This document shows positions 54,953 through 64,000 of a stretch of DNA of 64,000 nt, in pieces. Within the stretch, counting starts at the first letter, position 1; every line of letters starts with the position of its first letter. This DNA comes from Octopus sinensis. Lineage: Eukaryota. Position numbers and translations under genes: made by a program. The stretch spans positions 60,264,001 through 60,328,000 of the forward strand of contig NC_042999.1 in assembly GCF_006345805.1 (NCBI RefSeq), given 5' to 3'. The notes beneath the pieces are model-generated. The model saw only the letters and a program-made list of their open reading frames with translations, made no database searches and was not told the DNA's origin.

Positions 54953-55384
54953 CATATATACATACACACACACACACACACACAAACATACACAAACACA
55001 CACACACAAACACACACATACACACACATACACACACACAAGGACACAAATGCATGCCCACATATGGATACACATCTTAGAACAGAATAGAGTAAGTGGA
55101 ACAAGAACACACACGAAAATGAAAAGTGTCACCTAAGAGGTCACAGATGTGTGACGAAAGATTTCCAGGCAATGGATATGAGTTAAAATGATAAGTTAAG
55201 AACAGTAATAAACGTGTGGGAAAAAAATATATAGTGCGTGTGTATATTTAGCAACAAAAACAAAAAATAACCATCTTGAAACACAACAATATATATATAA
55301 TATATTTATATTCAAAATGTATGTAATATATAAATATGTAAAATATATGTAATATATAAAATATATGTACAGTTCTATATTTAA

Positions 55385-55620
55385 GAGATGAGAAATACTG
55401 TAGATTATTTACAATATTTACAATTGACAATTGTCGGATATTTGTCCTCTTCTTGTTTGTTGTTAACGCAACGTTTCGGCTGATATACCCTCCAGCCTTC
55501 CTCGGGTTCGAAATTTCCCCAAGAATCCTGATGAAGGCTGGAGAGTATATCAGCCGAAACGTTGTGTTTACAACAAACAAGATGAGAACAAATATCCGTT
55601 AATTGTAAATAATGTAAATG
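55385..55620. mobile_element. Fold-back copy of the HHR tail of the 25-26.5 kb element; HHR core at 55528-55563 (+)
   Basis: The left arm is the reverse complement of the right arm. CTGATGA a ggctg..cagcc GAAA CG TT is present, but the 5' side of stem I is mutated. Confidence 0.7.
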
Positions 55621-56119
55621 ATGGATAATATATGTAATATACAGAATATATAATATGTATAGTATATAAATACAAATAATGTATAACAATATACAACTAA
55701 ATGTAAATTGTTGGTACTCCGTCGGTCACGGCGACGAGACTTCAAATGATTCGATCAACGAAACAGTCTACTCGTGAAACTAACGTGCAAGTGGCCAAGC
55801 ACTCCCCAGATACGTGTATCATTTACGTATTTTTCAAGGTGGTACAGCGTGACACAGAGTGTGTCAAGGCTGACCCTTTGAAATACAGGTACTACTCATG
55901 TTTGCTAGAAGATTGGACTGGAGCAACGTGAAATAAAGTGTCTTGTTGAATGACGCAACGTGTTGCCTGGAATTGATCTCACGACAGTGAGCGGTATATG
56001 CTAACCACTAAACCTCGCGCTTTCGCTAAATCTAAATTATATGCAATATTTAAATGTAAATTATATATAAGAAATACATACCACTTATATATAAAATATA
56101 GAGATGTATAAAATATAAA

Positions 56120-56403
56120 TTGTTGTTTGTTCCTACTCGAGCTATGTCTGCCTCATTAGGTCCGGTTTCCTTGGCGTATAGGTTCCCCACCTGGACGGGA
56201 CGGCGGTCCGTCGCAGGTGAGTTGCAAGAGGTGACAGTGAGAGACAGTTGTGGCGAAAGAGTCAGCAGAAGTTCGCCATTACCTTCTGCTAGAGCCGCGT
56301 GGAGCTTAGGTGTTTCGCTCATAAACACACACATCGCCCGGTCTGAGATTCGAAACCGCGATCCCGAGCCCGCTGCTCTAACCACTAGGCCATGGGCTTT
56401 CAC
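56120..56403 (-). mobile_element. SINE family C copy
   Basis: Reverse complement of the 28103 copy. Confidence 0.75.
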
Positions 56404-56428
56404 TTAATATATATATATATATACTCTA

Positions 56429-56467
<39 letters not shown>

Positions 56468-56744
56468 TCTATTTTAAAAAATATATATATATATGTACTC
56501 TATTCTTTCGTTGTTTAAGAAAAATGTCCATTTCCTTGGTTTTGTGTTTATGTTTTCGTTTCTCATTGTGTTCGACGTTTTTTTGGTGTCAAGTACCCAT
56601 ATATGCATGTATATATACATGTAGAGGTAGGTAGTACATATATGTATATATGCATATGTTTTATTTTATTTATTAATTTATATATATATATATATATACC
56701 TAAAAAATACACACAAATAATAATGCAAGTTAATGTACTTTTAT

Positions 56745-56940
56745 ATATGCTAGTAAGCCGAATAAAATGTTTAGCATCATTTCGTTTATCCTTATGGTCT
56801 GAGTTCAAATTCTACTGAGGTCGACTTTACCTTTCATACTTTCGGGCTCGATAGCACGAGTACCAGTTATGTACTGCGGTCGATGTAATCGACTTATCCT
56901 CTACTCCAAACTGCTAGCCTTGTACTAAAATTTGAAACCT
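56745..56940 (+). mobile_element. SINE family B copy
   Basis: Family core gagttcaaattct..ctttcatactttcgggctcgat. Confidence 0.7.
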
Positions 56941-57519
56941 ATATAATTTTATACACTTAACTCTGTCAACTCCGTTCTTTTGTAATGAAATTTCTGGAAT
57001 TACAAATGGTTTTGAACTTACGGCTGTGTTTCAGTAGATACGTCTTATAGAGAAATTTTTCGTTGTAGTCATCAACTCTAAAACTGTCATGAATTCATGA
57101 CTTGAAATCGTTGGTTGGTAACTTGTATTGTTCGTGTATTGTTTTAATTTTGTTTTTCATCTATAACGATGTTGGTATGTGGCAATTTGATGTGGTATGT
57201 TTCTGAATGCACTTAAGATAGCAACGAACAAATAAATCCATTTCAAGCATGAAAAAGAAAGGAGGGAAAATGAAGGAGGAAGCCTGACAGAAAGAAGAGA
57301 GGAAGAAGGAAAACATTCTTTATCTTAAGAGGGCAAGTGGAAATGCTAAGAAGTTTAAGATAACCGTTAATCCATTGTAGGGTTATTGTATATCAATGAA
57401 ATATATTTCGTTCATATATTTGTCAACACAAGGACATGGTAGAAAGCACTGTTTCCATATACTGTGTGTTAGGATCGAACACGAATCGATCTTGCTGTGT
57501 GGCTATAAGGTCAGCCACT

Positions 57520-58010
57520 TTTATCCTTTTACTTGTTTCAGTCATGCTGGAGCACCACCTTTAGTCGATCAAATCGACCCCGGGACTTATTCTTTGTAAG
57601 TCTAGTACTTATTCTATCGGTCCCTTTGCTGAACACACCAACAGCGGTTATCAATCGATGGCGGAGGGACAAACGCAGACGCACACAACAAACTCACACA
57701 TATGTATATATATACGACACACGTATTTCAGTTTCTGTCTATCAAATCCACTCACTAGGCTTTGGTCGGCCCGAGGTTATAGTAGAAGACACTTGCCCAA
57801 GGTGCTACGCAGAGGGACTGAACCCGGAACCATGTCGTTGTGAAGCAAGATACTCCTTACCACACAGCTACTCCTGCGCCTATCAATAATTATATACAGG
57901 CGCAAGTGTTGCTGTATGGTAAAAAATTTGTTTCCCAACCGCAATGTTCCGGGTTCAGTCCCACTGCGTAGTACCTCGTGTCTTCTACTATAGCCCCGAG
58001 TTGGCCATAG
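57520..58010. mobile_element. SINE family A copies head-to-head (minus 57520-57884, plus 57895-58010)
   Basis: Family head on opposite strands. Confidence 0.75.
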
Positions 58011-58118
58011 CCTCATGACAGAAATTGAAAGATGTCCGTCGTACATGTATATACACGACTTGTATATATATATACATACACACACAACACACACACATAC
58101 ACACACACACACACACAC

Positions 58119-58168
<50 letters not shown>

Positions 58169-58860
58169 GTTTGTGAGTATGCATGCATATATATGTGTGT
58201 GTGTGTCCCATCTCCACCTCGCTGACGAATCCAAAGGAACAGCAGGCTACTAAAGTTTGGTGCCAACGTGGTCGCAGCATCTGACAGGACGAAATTGAAG
58301 TCAATATCGTTCTGCATTAGGGGCTCCGACTCCTAATTTTTACTCGAGGGTGACTCCTGGAGCCTTCCTTGTGATCAGGTATCCTGCAAGACGGCAGAGG
58401 TTTGAAATCAGGGTTTCCCTTCACTCAGGTGGGCTGCCTTCCCAAGTTGTCAAGCTCCACTTGCCCGAAGCAACTGGTTTTGAGGCGCCAGATACCCCAC
58501 TTTGTCTCTTCTCCCGTCAATGGATACAGATCCGCCGGGCTTACAAGCTAAGCCGCCATACAATATATATACAATTTAAGAACACGATATACAATATGTA
58601 CACACACATGCTGAAGTACAATATATACAATACACACACACAAAGACCCCACAAACACACGTAGATGAATGGCCGTTGTACTTCCTCCGCCCTTTGACGA
58701 GTCTTATTTTTTGTCCCGCTAGGTGTTTAACAAGCACCCACCTCACGAAGCAGTCCTGGAGGGGTTGCCAGTTTAGTACCCGACGACCCCACCATGGAAT
58801 AGGTTTTACGGGACTACACGATACCAGTAGCACTCAAGTGCGACCTGACATCATGTATAT

Positions 58861-58891
<31 letters not shown>

Positions 58892-59355
58892 CTATATAAT
58901 ATATATATTATATAAGTATGTATATAAATATATATATATATGTATGTATATAAATATATATATATATATATATGTATATACATATATATATATACATATA
59001 TATATATACATATATATGCATATATATATATTTACTTATGTATATATATATACATATATATATATACATTTACTTATGTATATATATATACATACACACA
59101 CATATATATATATGTGTGTGTGTGTGTGATGTACTTTATATTACATCTAGCGTTTATGAATGGCTTTATAAGTTCTAAGTTGCAGAAGAATTAGTCAGTA
59201 AAGCAGTTTAGCTTAATGGTAGAATCAAAGGGATGTGAGTTCGATTCTCATGGCTGGTTGCTGACGGATTTTTCTGCTCTGTAAGGGATATTATCCCATA
59301 TATACTGTTATATCAGTATTTTACGCGTTGAAAATATTATATCCTTCTACTTGTA

Positions 59356-59393
<38 letters not shown>

Positions 59394-60680
59394 TACACAC
59401 ACACACGTATTGTATATATATATATATATATATATATAGATAGATATGGTTAGATAGACAGATGTGTGTGTGTAAGCGTGTCTTTGTTTGTCCCCACCAC
59501 TGCATGGCAACTGATTTTGGCGGGATTGCATTCCCCTAACTCAGCATTTTATGAAAAGAGAATGATAAAAAAGATCAAAGTGCTGGGGTCGTCGATTCTT
59601 TCGATTAAAGTTCTTTCAGGTGGCCTTCCAGCATGACCGCTGTCAAATAAAAGATTAAAAACTAAATATAAAGAGGGAGAAAATAAGTATATAGAGAAAT
59701 ACGTATATAGATAAGTAGATAAATAAACAATTACCAGAGTGGTTTCAGACACTGAGAAAAAACAATACACGCTAAGTAAAATACATTTTTAATAAGGAAA
59801 CTGCACAGTTAGTATAAGGAAAGTACACATACCAATGTCACTGAGCAATTTTTTATTGACATTCAGCTTTGTCTATTATAGACTGAAGTTGAGTCAATAG
59901 ATGAGGTTATTTTCTATCATTTCGAGGTTATGTTAATTAACTCTCTATGAGGTTCGATATAAAGTGATATATATGAGGCATAATATATTGTAAGGAAGGA
60001 GATTAAGATTATTGAACAGAAAAAAGATCCAGTTTTGTTAGTTGTGTTTAGTTTCAGACTTTAAGACGGATCCGTGTCAAATATTTGTGAAGATCTAAAA
60101 TTTGTGAGACTGATCCGCCTGAAGTTCGAATTAAGCGCTTGTCGGTCAATGTTACAATTATGGGTGGTGATGTTTTTTTGTCGATTAGTCGTAGTGATAA
60201 AGATCCAGGTTGGTACTATATTGTTTGAATCCTAACAGTTACCCATTTAATTAAGTTTTAAGGCGCCAATCTTAGTGGTTTACCTCCGTAAGTCTACAAC
60301 ATAAGTTTAGCTATTTTGTTCGATTAGTGATATGGTCTGTAACTAAAAATAATCAATTCGTAAGGTACAACGATTTAAAAATATAGTCTTAATTTTTTTC
60401 CTGGCAGTAAATCGAGTTTTCTGTACAGGCGAAGACATCCTAATTCTTTTGGGATAGACTGAAACCCTGCCCGCCTTACTCGTTTATCTCACTGTGATCT
60501 TGGGACAGCTCTGCCATGAGACGAAGTTGGCCCGTTTATTTTAGAATTGCTTAAATAGAAATCCCTTTGCTACAACGCTGGATTATTGTAGCATTATAGA
60601 TTACCCGTATCACATCTCTGTGACAACCAAACACTTGATAATTCAAGGACAGAAAATAAATCTCATAGCTGTTTTAACAA

Positions 60681-61207
60681 GAATTTCTTTTCTACATATG
60701 TTCTTCAGGGAAATGCTTGTCTTGTACGGCCAGTTACGTTTTACTACGTCACTATTTACATACAGAGTCAACGTCAAAACATAATCTTTCTGCATATATT
60801 GCTAGATTGAGACATAAAGAAATCACTAACTAAAGTTGACTTCTCGAATCTCTGTCCCAGATTCCAGTACTTACAAGTACTTTCACAAACCAAATACAAA
60901 ACTTACATACATGATCAAGCTGCTCTAACAACCCAGGCTTGTTAAAAACCTTATATTTAATGTTATTGTGAGAATCTCTAGCATCTATTTGATAGAACAG
61001 TCTATTACTACAGTAGAGCCCCAGCATAAAGTCACCTCAAAGAAGATATATCATGCACTTCGTGCAGTGCGCATGTCTCGATCTAGCAATAAATGCAGAA
61101 AGATTATGTTTTGACATTGACTCTGTATGTAAAGAGTGACGTAGTAAAACGTAACTGGCCGTACAAGACAAGCATTTCCCTGAAGAGCATAGGTAGAAGA
61201 AATTTCT
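60681..61207. repeat. ~135-bp inverted repeats with a ~257-bp spacer
   Basis: 60681-60815 is the reverse complement of 61073-61207, with scattered mismatches. Confidence 0.85.
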
Positions 61208-61670
61208 GATAGCCGCTTTCTGGAGATAAGCTTCTGTTTCCACGTTATCATGAAATCTGTCGTCCCGATTAAACCCACCAATTGCTAAACTGCATCAGTT
61301 GCACAAATTGCCAAATGCAGAAATGCAGTTGTTTACCTCTTAGATCAGGCATATCCAAGCACACAAAACTAGGAATGTACAAAGGCCTTTCAAAATATTT
61401 CAAAGGATTTAACTGAGGAAGGTCTGCGTAAGGATACATATCCTATAACACATTTCGTAAACCTGAAACGTAGGAATCAAAAGATTCCAAAATATTGTTA
61501 TTTCGTTTGACTTCATTGCTAGAGATGATACGACTCGATGCCAATACAAACTATCCGGTCTTAACTTCACTTATGCGGATACTCTGTCAACAATTTGGAT
61601 TGGTTTGTGATATTTGATTCGAGTCTAATATTAAAGGAAATAGATCAATATTCCTTGGATTGATTAATAT

Positions 61671-61727
<57 letters not shown>

Positions 61728-61807
61728 GTTAATCCAAATATGAAAACACAACAACGCGAGGACGTGGAACAAATATCGTATTATTGGACGCTCAGGAAGG
61801 AAGGAAG

Positions 61808-61842
61808 GTTTAACGTTTCGAGCGGAGCTCTTCGTCAGAAAC
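61808..61842 (-). ncRNA. Intact minimal hammerhead in a pLTR-like fragment (61735-61895)
   Basis: GUUU CUGACGA a GAGC-ucc-GCUC GAAA CG UU^AAAC. Confidence 0.8.
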
Positions 61843-62545
61843 ACAGGAAAAGGAAAGATCGAAAGAAGGGAAGACGGAGGAAAAAATCGCCAACGGTACA
61901 TATATATAATATATATATATATATATAATGTTACAAAAAGAAAATAGAAGCTACACGTGAAAATGTAAGGGTAAAGTAAGAAGAATCAACGAAAATGCAC
62001 ATTTTAAATAAAAAAAGAAAAGGCTTTTTATGAAAGGTAACGACAGATATATACAATTAGATGATCTGAGGTAGTAATAAAAGTCATAAAACTCATTATT
62101 TTGGTATTATTGAAGAGATTCAAGCAACATACCGTGGTTTCGTCAGACTATTCATTGCTTTGAATATATATATATATATATATATAGCGTGGGTATGCAA
62201 GGTGTTGGTGTACAGAAGACACAAAGAGTGGCAAGTGATATGGACAGACCGTAGTTAAACTTTTGGTTCAAATCGAGTGAGGACTTTAATGTGGGTCTTG
62301 TATTAGCATGCATAGTGTGGCACTCCGTCAGTTACGACGACGAGGATTCCAGTTGATCCAATCAACGGAACATCCTGCTCATGAAATTAACGTGCAAGTG
62401 GCCAAGCACTTCACAGACACGTGTGCCCTTAACGTAGTTCACATGGAGATAGATTCAGCGTGACACAGAATGTGACACAGCGTGTTACAATAATGTTTCA
62501 ATAATGTGAATATTATTCTGAATTGCATAAAAATTTATTAAACCA

Positions 62546-62972
62546 TTGGATCTCTTCGGTTTGAACGGCAGTTTTTTTCTAGCGGTGTCATATGAAATTG
62601 TCACCTATAATTATGACCCTAGAATCGATCTATTGCATTTCAATCTCTTTTAGCATTAGGGTTAGGGTTAGGGGTGGGGGAAGGGTATCTTTTTTTCTTC
62701 ACAAATGTAAATAAACTCAATCTGTTTCTTAAAGGAGGGACATATTCATACGGCGCAGAATGCTTTTTAGCTCTATAGACGTCACTGATTGGTTGAAATT
62801 GCAGAAATTAAAGAAAAAAAACGACAAATATCTTACAAACTATAGAATTTTCTCAATAAAGCCAAGAGAAAAAGATGTTTTATAAACACATTCTACCAGT
62901 ATACGAAGTTTAAAATTTTTTAGTTACCTAGAAATTATGTTAAAAACTGCCGTTCAAACCGAAAAGATCCAA
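62546..62972. mobile_element. MITE with ~31-bp TIRs
   Basis: ttggatctcttcggtttgaacggcagttttt and aaaaactgccgttcaaaccgaaaagatccaa. Confidence 0.85.
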
Positions 62973-63009
62973 ACTGTTCGGTGTAATGTAAAAGTATAAC
63001 CAGTTTATT

Positions 63010-63055
<46 letters not shown>

Positions 63056-63261
63056 ACGTTTATTGAGAACCACTGATCGAAAGAATGGCAAAATATAAAC
63101 AATTCCAGGAAGGTGTAACTCTTCCCGCGAAAGTGATATTTCAACGAGCGATGATGATAATGATGACGATAACGACAACAACAACAACAAGAATAACAAC
63201 GACAACAGCATTTAAAATAATAATCCTTCATTTTGCTACAGGTACAAGGTCTGACGTTTTG

Positions 63262-63440
63262 CGGGAGAGGTTAGTTTTGGGGGATGGATTTACATCTAAC
63301 ACACCGATCCACAGGTACTTATTCTATCGAAGCCAAACGAATGGAAGGTAAGGACGACCTTAGCGGAATTTGAACTCAGACTGCAAAGACAGAAGAAATG
63401 CTGTCAAGTATTTTGTCCGACGTCCTAACGATTCTTCCAG
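63262..63440 (-). mobile_element. SINE family B copy, degenerate
   Basis: Reverse complement of the core (cttagcggaatttgaactcaga). Confidence 0.65.
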
Positions 63441-63452
63441 CAGCAACAGCAG

Positions 63453-63506
<54 letters not shown>

Positions 63507-64000
63507 TATTATTATTATTATTATTATTATTATCATTATTATCATTATTATTATTAGTAGTAGTAGTAGTATACTACTGATGATTTTGAACTTTAATTAG
63601 ACAGACACAAACGAAATCAAGTATTTGCCGAACAAAAAATATATATATAAAAGAAACGATAAAGAATAATAACAACATCAACTACAACAACAAAAAAACC
63701 CCACTACATAAAACTTACTATAATCAATGGACTATGTTTAGAATAAATGGCTATAATTGAATGATTGAGAAGTTGTAAATTAACGTTTAGATTGCTCGAG
63801 ACACGTTTACATCTAATTAGAAGCATGTCACCGAAAAGTCATTTAAAGGCCAAGCCTATAATTAGAACAGATAACAATGTAACGTTTTTGGATAAGTGAA
63901 GCTGGCAATGCTTCGCCTAATTACCTCTGGTACCCGCCTAGACTTGTTTACGATAGCAAGCTAACGATGTGAATTGAACTAGAAATCCGTTGGCCTTTCT

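Noticed and set aside
60681-60712. CUGAAGA-acauaugu-a-GAAA on the minus strand of the inverted repeat
   Set aside because: Position 17 would be G, stem I does not pair, and the partner arm lacks GAAA.
62656-62673. True telomere
   Set aside because: Only three repeats, internal to a TIR element.

Overview
AT-rich, microsatellite-rich animal genomic DNA. The repeat landscape resembles an octopus-type cephalopod, which is my inference. I recognise no host protein-coding exon. The window is mostly mobile-element debris: several tRNA-headed SINE families, Penelope-like elements (PLEs), Tc1/mariner, RTE, R4/Dong and Tx1-like LINE fragments, and MITEs. The main finding is a set of hammerhead ribozyme (HHR) elements. 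Bases 1-5448 are a ~480-bp tandem array in which each full unit carries a type I HHR fold on the minus strand. The array ends in a fold-back unit and a (TA)n run that abuts the 3' end of a PLE encoding RT and GIY-YIG endonuclease. Two more non-coding elements with no visible sequence similarity to the array share its design: a 450-nt monomer at 41.4-42.05 kb and a 474-nt monomer at 50.5-51.2 kb. Each has one type I HHR, terminal redundancy, an inverted 5' segment and (TA)n flanks. There is also a palindromic tRNA-head + HHR element at 25.0-26.5 kb and several minimal or decayed HHRs. Together these suggest a diverse retrozyme-like system, possibly circular-RNA based and mobilised by PLEs. All folds were done by eye; no cleavage, expression or database search has been tested.
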